Shown here piece after piece: positions 1 through 13,574 of a stretch of 64,000 nt of DNA. Numbering within the stretch: position 1 is the first letter of the stretch; the number at the start of each line of letters is the position of its first letter. A model generated the notes under the pieces. That model had not been told where the DNA came from. It searched no databases and saw only the letters and a list, made by a program, of their open reading frames with translations. This stretch comes from Eremomyces bilateralis CBS 781.70. Taxonomy: Eukaryota. The position numbers were made by a program, and so were the translations under genes. The stretch lies in assembly GCA_010015585.1 (NCBI GenBank), contig ML975175.1, one strand, 5' to 3'.

Positions 1-888
1 GTATAGCTGGAGTAGAGCAAACCCGAGAAGACCAAGAAGGATGATCCAGGATTGCCACCGGTTAAATTGATTGTTCCGGTCGCTGATCGATCGAACAAAC
101 AACTCAACGGCCGACTTGGCGATCAACAGTCCATGTGCCGAGAGCACTCCGCTCAGGAAGCCAAAGCACATGCCGCGGAAAAGTCGCATCCGTGGAGTTG
201 CCGGGTTGAAGAGGCGATTCGATACCCAGATGGTAACCGCGACGATGGCCATGACGAAGAATGTCCCGAAGAACCAGACCAGGAACTCGGGGCGCACCAT
301 GAGAGACAGAAGCTGGTCCAGGTTATGGGACGGTTCACTCAAAGCTCCAAAGTAGGCGATAAGACCGGCGCCTCCTGCGACGAGGATCGTCCCAGCGAGG
401 GAATAGTATGTGAACGGCTCTTTGAGCATGACCGAGGCGCATATCGTGTTGAAGACCAGGCCACTCTGTTGAAACCGTGAATACTCGGCATTTCCCATGA
501 CTTTCCAAGAACACTTACAGCATGAAGTGTCGACAACACCGGCAGGGGTAGCATCGTGATTTGGATTGTGCTTCCGATGAGGTTCGCGAGGATGAACATG
601 GCCATGCCGAGCTGCGAAACGGTCAGCTAGGGTCGTCCAACATCAAATCGGGGTCCTTACCTGCCACCGCCGTCGCCGGTATGGCGGTCTGCGGGTATGT
701 TGATGCTCCTTCTCATCTTCGATCATGTGCGACTTGCGCTGCAACGTCAGGCCGATGCTTTGCGCGCATGTTGAAATGAGGCCGACGAGGACGCCGATCT
801 GGATGTCCGTGGATCAGTCCCGGTGCATCAATGCTCGGATGATTCGGTGGCATACCGCTATAGTCGCTCCCGGCGACAAGCCCCCCAT
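1..888 (-). CDS. NIPA/DUF803-family magnesium transporter-like membrane protein (3' end runs off window)
   Basis: Spliced by hand from ATG 888: MGGLSPGATIA/IGVLVGLISTCAQSIGLTLQRKSH...RRRWQ/LGMAMFILANLIGSTIQITMLPLPVLSTLHA/SGLVFNTICASVMLKEPFT...; multiple hydrophobic helices and 3 GT-AG introns. Confidence 0.85.
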
Positions 889-1533
889 TATGTGCCTGAC
901 AAAGAATCCGGGGATGCTACCGGTGGGGAGGCGGCATGCTTGGAGGTGTAGCTGAAGGAGCGGATCGTTGAACTAAAGGATGCCCGCAGATCGCGTTCTT
1001 CCCGTTCCTAGGGCAAAATATATGATGCCATTCATAGATATATCCCAAGCAAGCTGGAGTTGGGTATGAGGGATACAGAGCAGGATGGCAGGCAAATGAC
1101 CGTGGATCACTACCCCGGATGGTCTGATGAACACACCGTATACAAGTAACTTGGCTACAGTAGCGGTGATGCCAGTGGAACCGTAATTAGCTGCAGCGAT
1201 GGCTGGACTGTGGCTGTGCAATATATATTATTTCATGCCTGAGGCAACAACATTGCCAAACTGTGGCTGACCTAGGCCGAAATAGGATGGTCCGTGCACT
1301 ACAGTTCAAGCAAGTCCGCCAAGTCGGAGTGTTTGGTGGTCCAAGCTCCTGATCCTTGCATCGTCGGTCATCCATCCACCTCCAAGTGATCCAACTGGTT
1401 ACAGGACGCTCCAGGCCTCCTCGACCCGACATCTCGAGCTCTTGACCACCTTTCCTCCACATAACTTTCTCTCAATTCCTCTTCCGACCTTCAAGACACC
1501 TCTAGTAGTGTGATCGGGCCATCAACTTCCACA

Positions 1534-2322
1534 ATGTCGCAAATTCACGCCATGTCCGACGATCAGGTAAGTGCTCCACAGCCCATCGACGACATGTTAT
1601 CTCATACCCCTTCTACCCAGGTCGCCGGCGAACTCAAGAAGATGACCGCATTCATCCGTCAAGAGGCTGTGGAGAAAGCCAAGGAGATCCAAAACAAAGC
1701 AGACGAAGAGTTTGCCATTGAGAAATCGCGACTCGTCCGCTCCGAAACCGCCTCCATCGATGCTTCATACGAGAAGAAGTTCAAGCAAGCCAGCATGTCC
1801 CAGCAGATCACAAAGTCCACCGTCGCGAACAAGAGCAGACTACGGATATTGAGTGCGAGACAAGAGCTGCTCGATGATCTGTTCGAGCAAACGAGCGGGA
1901 AACTCGATGCCGCCATCAAGGACAAGAAGAGATACGAAGCAACCCTGAAGGGGTTGATACTAGAGGGGCTGTATGCGTTGAATGAGAGCAAGGTGGAGTT
2001 GAAAGCACGTAAGGCAGACTACGGTGTCGTGAGGAAGGCTATCGAGTCAGCACAGAAGGAGTATAAGAAGACCAACGGCGAGGTTGAAGTCGTGTTGAAC
2101 GAAAGCGACCCACTTCCTGAGGGATCGTAAGTGTTGTCGATTGATGTGAGACCCTCGCTAACACACGGTAGAGCCGGTGGAGTCATTATTGTGGGCGGCA
2201 ACGGCAAAATTGACGTGAACAACACCCTAGAGGAACGGTTACGGTTGTTGGAGACCGATGCCCTTCCCTCCATTCGTGTGTCGCTTTTCGGGGAAAACCA
2301 AAACCGCAAGTTCCATGACTGA
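1534..2322 (+). CDS. VMA4: V-type ATPase subunit E
   Basis: ELKKMTAFIRQEAVEKAKEI...ADEEFAIEKSRLV and GGNGKIDVNNTLEERL...NRKFHD; introns at 1567-1620 and ~2128-2171. Confidence 0.97.
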
Positions 2323-3051
2323 GAGGAATGCACTTCAAATCGAAGACCCAGAGATTCTCCAATGGGAAGAGCTCAATACCCGATGTAAAAATGGACCGTG
2401 ACGGCCCTTCGCAATATGCAACCGTCTTCATTATTGCGGGAATGCGTACAGTTCATCGTATGACGGTTGTTCGGTCGATAGTATCGATCAGGTCATGATG
2501 CTGGAAGATAGGGAGATGGCCCTAATTTATGTACATTTATCACAGCGCACTTCACTATCAGAATTATGCCCTCTGTTAATCGATTTCCCGGTTTGGTATT
2601 TCCCATTTGCCCGATAGCCCCTTTCTCTTCCATGGATTATCAAATGTCATCGTTACAATGCTCGACAACTAGCTCGATGGGTACAGAAATGCTTAGGACA
2701 GAGAGAACCAGTTAGCATCGAGAGGCTTTGTCCCTCGGAGTTTTGACTAGAGGGAGAGTTCTAGTCATAGCATTGACCGCATTGGTGAAGTCTTATTTCA
2801 TAGGAATGATGGCTGTGAACTGTCAAGGTTAATTGGTTGGTATCCCAAATTCCATCCATGTTGAAATTGATATCACGTGCTCCTTTATCCAGTGCCTCCA
2901 GCTTGTCGCATCCATATTCCAACCCAGTCCATAACATATCAAGTCCTGTCCGGATTATGCAGCGAATGTGACTTTTGGCTTCCAAAGACACCTTCTCTAA
3001 AACACGGTTTCAATACCTTTTATTCTAAGGAAAGGCAATGATATAACAGTC

Positions 3052-4346
3052 ATGCTGTTCTCACTCACTGTCGGCAAGGTTGATGCCGGTGTAGCTGTTC
3101 TTCTCACAGAAGACAAGCGCCTCGTAGGTTTCCTTTCGAGAGACAGACTGCGACGTGGAATGCAGTCATCTCGAATGATATCACTGACCTGATTCAGATC
3201 GAGTTTCCCTCCATACTCCTCCCCCCTGACATCTCCTCGGGATCAATTGTTGACATCCAAGTCTCGCGGAATCTATCCTCCGAGAAGGCCGCAGCGAACG
3301 CCTTCCAAGCTCTCCAAAACCACATCTACGAAACGTTTGGAAACGCGACCCCCAAAGCCCCCGTCCTCCGCTGCCGCAATGCCACACAGACATCCGTTGT
3401 ATTGGAGTGGGATCCCATCGATCTTGCCACGGCGGAGCTGCGCAGCCTGAGCTTGTATCGCAACGGAAGCAAGGCAGGCAACATTCCGCGCCCGTTCGAG
3501 ATGCAGAGTACAAAAATCAGCGGGTTGGCCGTAGACACGGAATACACTTTCCATCTGCAACTACGGACGAGCGCCGGTGTATACAATAGCGAGAAACTGA
3601 CCGTCCGAACGCACAAGATGACCGACGTTAGCGGCATCACAATCACGCCAGGTATCATTCCCTCACAATTGAAGGAGAGTCTGGCAGAAACCGTGGAGAG
3701 GATCGGAGCCAAGTTGATCGACTCCGTGCGGATAGACACCACCCACTTCGTTTGCACCGAAGGGCGTGGTCAGGCATGGGAGAAGGCGGTGGAGATGAAT
3801 ATCCCCGTCGTGGTCCCAGACTGGATCAAAGGATGCGAAAGAGAAGGCAGGATTGTCGGGGTTAGGGGGTACTATCTCAATGCAGACCCAAGGTTGAGGA
3901 ATGTCGGGCCAAGCGTTTCTCAGCAGCAGGTCGCCCAGCAGCCTCACTCGCCTTCACCTCAGAGGCCCATGGAAAGCCCAAGGACGGAAGTCACGCCGCC
4001 CACTCCCGAGCGAGCCACCCACGATGCAGAAAACAATATCAACGGAGGTCGAGACGACGAAAGTGAAGGCGCGCCACCAACTCCGCCGCCCAAATCCCCA
4101 GCTAAGGTCCCGAGCGACTCGAATCAATCCTCGGAGGAGTCGGTTCAAGACAAGGACACCGAGCCTGATGATGAAGAGGAGGAGGACGAGGACGAAGACG
4201 GGGATGCAAAGCAGAGCCAGAAGGGAAAGGACCAAACGGACGCTAATTCCGAGTCCAAGTCTCCGGAACGGAAGCTACCGCAGAGATCGAAGTCTGACCT
4301 CAGCCCGTCCAGAGAGATCGATACGTTCGACGAAGTATCTCTATGA
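3052..4346 (+). CDS. CHS5: Exomer subunit / chitin biosynthesis protein Chs5 (FN3 + BRCT, acidic tail)
   Basis: MLFSLTVGKVDAGVAVLLTEDKRL/IEFPSILLP N-terminus, FN3 segment, BRCT (TTHFVCTEGRG...IPVVVPDW); intron 3124-3197. Confidence 0.95.
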
Positions 4347-4605
4347 AAGGCAACAGGAGGCTTTCAATCTTATGTACGGATTTGCACTGCGAGTACCCGG
4401 ATTTGACAGCGTGGCGTTATCATTAATATTGGGGACGAAAAGCGTCCCTTAATTTGATTCACATTTCCACAAGACCTCCGGTATAGGTCTACCTGGTATT
4501 CGTCCATCGAGATTTGCAAATATATCTTCGATCAGTGCAAGTTCCTGGCACACCCACACTTAAGCAGCCCAACCACATATAGGCTTTGGCAATAATTACA
4601 CCTCT

Positions 4606-5038
4606 TCATGCGCCGCCTTCCGCCCTTTGGCCCGTGAAAAATGCCAGTCCCCCCTCAGTCGTCTCGAAATGGATCTTGGCGCCCTTGGGGAAGTAGAAGA
4701 CGTCCCCAGGCACGGCATGGGCTGTCGTTCCCGACTCGTCGGTGATATCGAACGACCCCGAGACGATGATCTTCATCTCGTCGTAGGTATATGTGTAATC
4801 GAGCGCTGGGCCGGGTTCCAATCGATAGAACCCAGCCGATATCGGCTTTTCTTTGTCAAGGCTGGATGATATCATTAGCGATTGCTCAAACGTCTCATGG
4901 AAAAGCGGAAGAATCCGTTCTTGGAGCGTACCTGGTTGAGATATCACCGAGGAAGGCATTGCCATTGGCAATCATCGGTATCGTCGTACTGAACTCTGTC
5001 TGTGCCTTGGGGAAATACTTCATTGCTGGAGAAGACAT
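4606..5038 (-). CDS. EutQ-like cupin protein
   Basis: ATG 5038 with one intron; ISAGFYRLEPG...YTYTYDEMKIIVSG...AVPGDVFYFPKGAKIHF cupin motifs. Confidence 0.85.
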
Positions 5039-6057
5039 CTTTTCGGTGGATTTTGGGTAGTGAGCTGTAAACGAGACTCGAATTTTCTACGGATATCGCT
5101 CTCCGCTAACTATCCCAGCTTCGACGCGTCTTATATAGTTGTATGATCTTACCTGTCGCGCGATTACCACTGCATGTTCGCACGAGATTCAATCATGGCC
5201 GATCCTAGGGTTCGGTCCGGCATACACAGGGAGCCCGGGCTAGTGAATGACTGGTAGATGTGTATTCTACGGGCCTGGTTTCATGAAATCGCTAATCTCC
5301 CTTCGATAACACACAAGGACATACTTTCTGAATACAGTCAACAGCGGGGTCCCTCGCCATGGCGGGGGATGGCAACAGCATACTTGTATGGGCAGAGAAA
5401 TCAGTGATCGCTGATGATAGGCTCCTTCAGATCATAGTTGAGACGGGGTTTTGAAGGAGACTGCTGCCGTATTCGAACAATGACTACTTCGGGTTCGTTA
5501 TACTGACAATGAAGTAAGTGCTGCAGCTTTTGGTCCCTGGTATGCAGAAGCCACTGGAGGGACTGAAGCTCTGGAGCTCCCGCTAAGATGGTGGTCCGTA
5601 GTATCGGGGAAAAGCGACCCAGATCGGGAAAAGCGCGTCAATTTTTCCGATCGAGGTCGCGTCTATTATCGTGTACTGCCCAGCAGTCTCGACCAATGGT
5701 CCGGTGTCTAAAAGATTAGCATAGATATGGCAGGGATGGGTAGAGATTGACGGCCTTGAAGCGGATCTCCCGGGCATCCAAACCTCGATCGTTGCTTGTT
5801 CGCATCATATTGCTTTCTTGTATAATATTTGTGTTTGGTAAAGTTGATACGACTCTCCATTCCCATAGGCCGGAGGAAGGTCGTCAAAGGTGAGGTAAGT
5901 ACGCCGACATGGTAGAGTACGTCTGACGTAGGCGGGGTAGATGGGAATATCATGTAGCTCTCGATGCGGAAGTATGATCACTTAAATTTCAAGCTCCAAA
6001 ACATCTAATCCATCCAACTGACACATATAACAGTCTAATTTGTCCATCGTGCCCATA

Positions 6058-6776
6058 ATGGCGGCAAAGACCGCTCTCGTTTTGATTGCTGATGGCTCGG
6101 AAGAAATCGAGTTCGTAACGCCGCAGGATGGTAAGCAGAACCGGTTACCGTAAAGTCAAGTAAGGAATTACATTCGCTAACAACAGTACCATAGTCCTGA
6201 TTCGTGCTGGCTTCTTTGTCACGTCTGCTGGTGTAAACCTTGAACATAACTACGCCACCTGCTCCCGCAATGTCCGCATTGTCCCGGACCACCTCTCGCT
6301 CTCGGCCTCCCTACCGTTTCGCGACATCTTAATCCTCCCCGGCGGCGGACCCGGTGCAGCCACCTTCGCATCCTCACCGATGGTTCGGGATCTGATCCGC
6401 GCGTACCGGGAGCAAGGAAGGTGGGTGGCGTTCATCTGCGCGGCGACCACGGCGCTGGTGGCGAGTGCGGAGCACGACGGAGCGACGGGGGATGGGGCGC
6501 GGAAAGTCAGGGTGACGAGTCATCCTTCGGTGAAGGAGGCCATTGTAAAGAGAGGATGGGATTATGCGCCGGACAGCGAGAGGGTCGTCGTGGATGGAAA
6601 GGTCATTACATCGAGAGGGTGAGTGGCTCCGCGAACTCATGAGTGAACGGTTGCTGACGGACGTCGACAGACCTGGCACTGCCATGCTGTTCGCGCTGAC
6701 GATCGTGGAGCAAATGCTCGGGAAGGAGACTAGAGATGCTATTACGGGGCCGATGATTTGCGCTGACACGCTATGA
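6058..6776 (+). CDS. DJ-1/PfpI (ThiJ-like) family protein
   Basis: ALVLIADGSEEIEFVTP, LILPGGGPGA, nucleophile elbow FICAA, VTSHPS, VITSRG/PGTAMLFAL; 2 introns. Confidence 0.93.
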
Positions 6777-6850
6777 TGGACGGGACGGCGAACAGGAGCA
6801 CCCATGTGGACATGTAACTGGAATAATGCATTGTTGATGCTGAGTTCCCA

Positions 6851-8711
6851 TTAGACCTCTTCATCGTCATCGTCGAGATTGCTCTCCCGCTCCTCAAACA
6901 CTAGAAAGTCGGTCACATCGGGACCCATGACCTTTTGCCAGATTTCTTTAACGCTATCAAGGATCGAATCATCAAACGTGAGATCCTGGGGCGTCTCGGG
7001 AATAACTAGCACGCGGTCATCCTTCCCCGCGTCCACCGCATCCTGAACAGGTTGATGATACTTGTGCTCAAAGTACATCGACCACAAAACTTTCGAGGTA
7101 GACTCCTCTTGCACCGGATCAAGTAGAGAGGCGACCGCATGTTTCAGCGTTTCCTCATTACCCGCTCCATCAACACTCGCATAAAGAACACCTGAGGTGA
7201 GATTAGCCTCTGGTCATAGAATAAACGTGGAAAAATAAAGTAATGTTCAAAGGGCTCATCAGTTTGTCAGAGTAGCTGTCATCAATGATGTTGCAGACAA
7301 TGTAGGTATTCAAAATAGATGATCATCATAAGAGCATGAGGAATAACGCAAAAGAAAAGGTTATGCTTACTTTGTCCGTATGGGCATTCTCCTGACTCAC
7401 TGGAATGAATCAAGATATGGACCGGAGGCTGGTTACCTTGTTCGGGATCCTGGTCATCGGTGGTACTAAAGGATCCTGAAGGCAATACCACCACAGCACC
7501 GGCAGGAGGCGGCGATCCTTCCGCAAATGGTGGGAACAGATCCGAGAGGCTGGAAGACACGATCGAAATTGACCGTGACACAACTGAAATGGTAGATCCC
7601 TCTCGAGCCTGCATCGCTGATGGCGGTAGAACTGAAGTCAAACCTTCCTGGCTGCCAACAACAATCCTCGAACGCACGGTATCTTCTCCGGTCAATTTCA
7701 ATGAGAGTTGAGGATCCGTAGAGTTTGCAGCCTGGTCTGGCGCGCCGGCAAGTCCCTTCCCAAGGACATAGACGCCTCCACCAACCGCACAAGCTCGACA
7801 AGCAACCTGAGCAATTTCAGAGAGCCCACCCCATTTAGGCAACACGGCACCAAACCCAGGGCCGAAAAGACCAATCGAGCGTAGATGCCGTGCAATCCTA
7901 GGCAGCGCGAAATCAGTCCGCGTCTCTTCCGATGGCTTTTGAGACATTGTCAGAGCCATCAATGGTGCCTGAACGACGGAAGGGACGTGGAAGTGCTCTT
8001 GAAGAAAATGCTGAAATGGTGCATCGGAGAAGGGCTGCCAGGCCTCCTCCTCCTTTTCATATTCACCGACAAAGCGAAGAAACTTCATCAATGACCGCTT
8101 AGACCGGATGTCAACGGTCTTGTCGGCAAACACATCTTCTCGCCCGGCAGGCACCTTTGTCAAAGTGGAACGAGGATGCCGTTCCTCAAACCCCGTCGCA
8201 CCTTCGTCTGCTTGTGATGGGTTACCTCCATCTTTCGATGAGTACACCCACCAACTGCCGACAGCGAGGAAGTCGAGTTGCGTATGTAATCTCGAAGTGA
8301 CGAGGGCCGGGAGAAGAGCGGATTGCGTGTATAGGAGTTGAGGCGCGAGTGCTAAGCTATATGACCTTGATGGCGCAAGCTTTGTTTCTGCATCTTCTCC
8401 GAGAGAGGGAGAGAGTGCCAGCTTGGCATTCTGAATCGACCGTCCAGAGCCTTGGTGACGGGTGACAAACTCCTCTGCCTCTTTCAAGGCAAAGGCAGCT
8501 TCGACACCTCCATAGTAGGGATTTGGGTCGATGTGCAAGATTTTCTTGTCAGATCGAGACAGTGACCTTGATATGTAAGCTGTAATGGTCAGAATGGTTG
8601 GACAAATTCCAGGTGATCCGGGTTGACTTGGACATACAGTGCAAGAAGAGATTGTTGGATGCCAGTACCGACAATCAGTACATCCCACTCAGTGCCATCG
8701 AGGGTGTCCAT
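6851..8711 (-). CDS. MRS6: Rab escort protein (Rab geranylgeranyltransferase component A, GDI family)
   Basis: MDTLDGTEWDVLIVGTGIQQSLLAL, ILHIDPNPYYGG, EIAQVACRACAVGGGVYVL, acidic C-terminus; introns near 8570-8637 and 7192-7370. Confidence 0.92.
7253..7335 (-). ncRNA. Intronic box C/D snoRNA, U34/snR62-like
   Basis: Minus strand within intron 7192-7370: box C ATGATGA (7329-7323), guide TACCTACATTGT (7308-7297), D' CTGC, C' TGATGA (7284-7279), box D CTGA (7262-7259), short terminal stem GCTC/GAGC. Confidence 0.85.
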
Positions 8712-8854
8712 TATGATATGTGTGGAGCATCATGGATACTTCACACAGTTCAAGAGACTATTTTGCGGTTTGAATTTCGGACGAGTGTGAAAGAAAGCTG
8801 AAAGTGCAGAGGTGGAAGAATCTTTTAAGCTTCGGTGTGGGAGCTAATGGGCTG

Positions 8855-8866
8855 AGTCACGTGACT
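8855..8866. promoter_or_regulatory. Palindromic E-box AGTCACGTGACT (Cbf1/bHLH-type site)
   Basis: Perfect 12-bp palindrome ~145 bp upstream of the Rab escort ATG; GTCACGTGA also occurs at 29208-29216. Confidence 0.55.
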
Positions 8867-9230
8867 TAAATCAGTCAATCAGGCTACCACTTAGTATCCC
8901 CATTCCCTAAACTGTGACACGCAAGTGACGAACTCCGTCACTCCTACTGCTCCCTGTCGGGCCTGTTTGTCTTTCTTACGTCTACTAATGAGGTTGGTTA
9001 CTGATTATTTCACGGTCTCTTCCGGGCCTATATATTCCTGTACTACATGTTGATGGGTTCAGCACGTCACAAGAGCAGAATGCGTGATGTGCCCACGTCA
9101 GCTGGAGAATATCTTTACTAGGCTATTTGGCAATTGACATCCGTCGTTGATGAACTCGGAGTCCCTCGCTACAATTAGCCTGCCACTATGAACAGTTCAA
9201 AGTTCCAATGACAATTTAAGCATCTGTGGC

Positions 9231-9999
9231 TTACAACCTGGCCAGAACAGCATCTGCACCGGAGACCTATGGATCATTCATCAGTGACTGTGTTTGGGTA
9301 CGCGCGTATCTGGACAACTTACCGTGACCTGGCCTGGGCTCGTTTCCGTCTCGGCATAGCTAATGGTGCCATCCTTCTCAACTACCATGGCCCACCGACC
9401 ATTGCGGTCGCCCAACATCCAGCCGTGTTCCTTGGAAAAGAAGGTTTTGGTGTCGCTCAAGAGGAGCTAGAGGGACAATATTAGCACTCTCCACTGGCGG
9501 GATCTGACGTGAACAAGGTGACTTACGATGTTGTCGCTCTTAATCTTGTTGACCTTGCCCCAAGCATTCATCACAAACGCATCGTTGGATGCAATGACAA
9601 CGACGAGGTCGACACCCTTCTGTTGAAGAGAATCCAAATTCTCGATGTAGGGTGGCAGATGGCGGGCCTGGCAACCAGGAGTGAAGGCACCTAGACCCGT
9701 CAGTTGGTTTCGCTCAGGAAGTTGTATTAGACTATGATGGACGGACCTGGGAGGCTGACGATGACCACTTTCTTGCCCTGCCACTCCTTATTGGCATCAT
9801 ATACCTGTGGAATGCCGCATTTGGTAGGGTCCTCGTCCTCAATCGGAACCCACCTGGCAAGAGTCAGTAGAACGCCCCACAGGAGCTCGTCAGGTTGCCC
9901 GAATCTGCAACTTTCGACGAGATATGGGATAGAATCCTTGAAGGCTTACGTGAACTGGACGTCTGCAGGGAGCTTATCTCCAACCTTGAGAGGGGCCAT
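9231..9999 (-). CDS. PMP20: Prx5-type peroxiredoxin (Pmp20/Ahp1/Asp f3-like) with PTS1
   Basis: MAPLKVGDKLP, KCGIPQVYDA, GAFTPGC peroxidatic motif, NDAFVMNAWG, C-terminal -ARL; 4 introns. Confidence 0.93.
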
Positions 10000-10904
10000 T
10001 ATTGTAGATTCGGATATTGCCTCGGTCACGGACGAAGGGAACAAAAAGGTCGCTGTATCGAGTGTATGATACTGAAATGGATTTTAGTGGGAATATTGAG
10101 ATGTGTGGCTCAAGAGGATGGTTTCCGGACAGCAAAGAACTCAATATATAAGAAATTGGGGTTCCTCTGGTGTTGACAAATACTCAGCGCTGGAAAATGT
10201 CCACCTCTACCAGCGACATCATCGGCGGGTCACTCATCCCCCACTCAAGCATCGATATCGGAGGAATAGTGCGGATGGCGCCAGACCCCCGCCAGCTAAT
10301 CACATCGCTTCCTCGTCAACTCTATTTCTTTCCGGCCGATTCCAACTAACCTGGATTCAACTTTTATTATGAAGCGCAGTAACTCCAGTCTCGAATAATA
10401 CGTGCGGTAATACCGTAAAGACTAAAGTGAGTAATATCTTAACCAGGCCACCAGGCATCCGCATACTCCTCCTACACACCAAACGCCACCCTTGGACTGG
10501 CGAGTGGATGTGGCAACTTTCGACAAACTATCACGAGGACATCAAGACCCTCTTGATATTCGCGAAAAAGTTCTGAACCTTAGACAGCACTACAATAGTT
10601 CCACGATTGGGTTGACTGGGATTGGTATCTTCTCTGCGCCACGAGCTTTGGACCTGCGATCGATTGGATACCAAAAGGATTTAAGATATCGGTCGTAGCG
10701 CGTTCGGGCCGCGCTACGAGGACAACTTCATCACCACTTTGCACATATTATTCTATACCAGTGTCATTACCCCTCTGATGCGGGTCTGATAACTTCCGGC
10801 TCCTCATATTATGCATTTGGAACTCATATCACGCCCAGCATCCCGCCGGTAGTAGCTGTGGAGCCTCGCCAAATTTTGGCGAAAACCTTATTCGAGCAAT
10901 AAGA

Positions 10905-13574
10905 ATGTCCGCAAACCCGGTCGAATCGGGCGCTGCCAGAAAACCCTCAGGCAACCTCATCAGGCGCCATCGGATCATCAACAGTTGCTTGGAATGCCGC
11001 ACAAGGCGGGTGAAGTGCGACAAAGTAGGTAGAAGTTGGAGTGAACGTTGCTCGACCGGACATTAACAGGATCTAGGTCCACCCCTCATGCGGGAGGTGT
11101 TCAAGAGAAGGGAAAAGTTGTGCCTATGTCAGTCAAGAAGCAGAGAAGGAAGCTGTTCATCCGGGCGGGGAAGATCATCAGCCAAGTAAACGGCGACGAC
11201 TGAACTCGTCAGAAGTGTCGCAGGAGAAGCACGATTCTACTGTGACTAGCGCCTCTGATACCGCGCAAAATGGGAGTGACAAAGACGAGAGCGATACCTG
11301 TGGGAGTAGTGATCCGAAGAACGGAAGACTCGGTCATTTGACCCTGCAAAATGGAGGGAGGTCACGGTACGTTGGAAGCACGTTCTGGGCATGTTTTGGT
11401 GAGCAGGTAAGCCAGTGTATCCTATTGTCATAAAGGCATTTCTAAATATGCGAGACAGAACCGAGAGTTCGATGAGCTCGTGACAAGTCTGCCGGTATTC
11501 CCGTTCCACGGGCGATGCTGTTGTGAGCAAACTTTGGACAATACCGATGATCTTCGCAGAGAGACAGAAGCCGGCAATGCTGGCAAGTTGGGATTTCGAA
11601 CTGGGGAAAACCGTTGTGAACGCTATTACTCTCTTCCTCGAGTCCTGGACGAGATGCCAGACCGGAATGTTTGCGATTCGCTTTACAACAGCTATGTGGA
11701 CAGCATTCAGCCCATCATCCCGCTGCTACATCTTCCGACATTCAAGGATCAATACGACCGGTTTTGGATCTGGTTAAGTTCCTGGAACCGTCAAGGGGTG
11801 TCGGATGGGGTGTTGGCAGAGACCCCCAGCTTTCTTCCTCTATTATTTGCAGTGCTGTTCGCCGGGTCGATCAGCAATACCACGGACGCGTTTGGTCCAT
11901 CCACTGGAGAATTCTCGGGTGCGATCCTTTCAACCAAGTTATATCGCTTGAGCACACAATCGCTTGCGCTCGTGTCATTTCCCCAGAGTCCAACGATATA
12001 CTCCCTGGTGGCGTTCCTCATTGGACAAAACATGCTCATCCGAGAGGAGGAATCGCTCAGCTCTTGTTCATTCATCAGTGTCGCACTAAGAGTCGCACAA
12101 GCGATGGGTCTCCACCGAGATGGCAAGCATTTCGGGCTGGATCCCGTGCAAGCGGAGATCAGGCGACGAATCTGGTGGCATATCATCCACACGGATGTGA
12201 TGACTTCCATTTGTTCGGGGTTGCCACCGGTAATGCTCACCGATGAGATCTATGACACCAGAATGGTGAGTGAGCTGAAGGACGAAATGATCACTGCGCA
12301 GATGGTGCCGGATCCAAAAGATCCCCGTTCCATGGCCGACTCCAACAGGAACATCAACCTGGGCCTCTTTGTTGCCGTCGGCCGTTACTCAATCACCACG
12401 ATCATGCGATCGCTTTTGCGCCGCCAGTTCGAAGTGCGGCAAATGAAAATGTCGGAAATTGATGAGTTCAAACGTCGGATCGACATTTTACATAAACACA
12501 TCACTGAGAGAGTGGAGCGAATCGAGCAAATGGAATCCTGCCCCGCCGATCTACAGCAACACAGCCCAGGTACTCCGGAGGACATACGAAGGGAATCAGT
12601 CAGCACCCAGAATGCTGCTGCGTTCCGCCTTTGGTCACAACGACTCTTGAAGCTTATGATACATCGTGCGTACTGCATGCTGTATCAACCACTCATTCGA
12701 GCTTCAGGGGGGAAATGGTGGCACCGAGTGCGGAAAGAGTGAGTGGTTAACGAGGCTTTGGCATACTCGTACTAATAATTCCCGCAGATGTGTCCGCCAT
12801 TGCCATGAGTTTGTCCGCATCTTCATCGAGATGTGTACGACGCAGGATTTCCATCCATTCTATTGGATCTACCCCGGCATGTATCAGCCGCTGCAAGCAA
12901 CCGCCATGCTTCTGGCCGACCTGATCAAATGCCCAACTTCCGTCGAGGCGAAGCGTTCACGTGACCTCGTGGAGAAGATATTCTCTCTGCTCAGCGAAGA
13001 TGGCGTGGCTGGTCGCAACGGAATATCCAGCCATCGACAGTTGTCTGCCGGTGGTAAAGAAGCCTGGTCCATGCTTCGGAAGGTCAAGAGACAAGCCTGG
13101 GAAAAGGCCGGGTTCGATCCGAATGCTTTCCGAGAGGAATCGAAGAGGAACGAGACGCCACACTCGTGGGAAGAGTTCGACTCACCGCACTCGAATCCCA
13201 AGATGGGATCGCCAGTGTCATTGGGTGCAACCCAGTCGACCATGTATGGGGCAGAGATGAGGCTGCCAACACCTTTCCAAGGATATGGGATGGACCCCAA
13301 CGCGCAGTATCCACCTACAAACATGTCCGGGACGTCGGCGCCTCCCGCCACGGCGAATTCTCTCAATCCAGCATATGAACTGCGGCAGGACACACTTGCA
13401 GCCGACCCGTGGATATCGCAGGCAAACTATGACTCGTTCGATCAGGTGGATTTGATCAATCTGCCACCGGGTGGTCCATCGTCGACGAATCCGGACGACA
13501 TCGACTGGAGAGAATGGGATGCGTTGCTCGAACGGTGCTTCAATCATCCAGTCATGGGAGATCCTTATTTCTAG
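10905..13574 (+). CDS. Zn(II)2Cys6 transcription factor with fungal-specific TF domain
   Basis: CLECRTRRVKCDK/VHPSCGRCSREGKSC zinc cluster split by an intron; AQAMGLHRDG...AEIRRRIWW middle-homology region; 3 introns. Confidence 0.93.
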
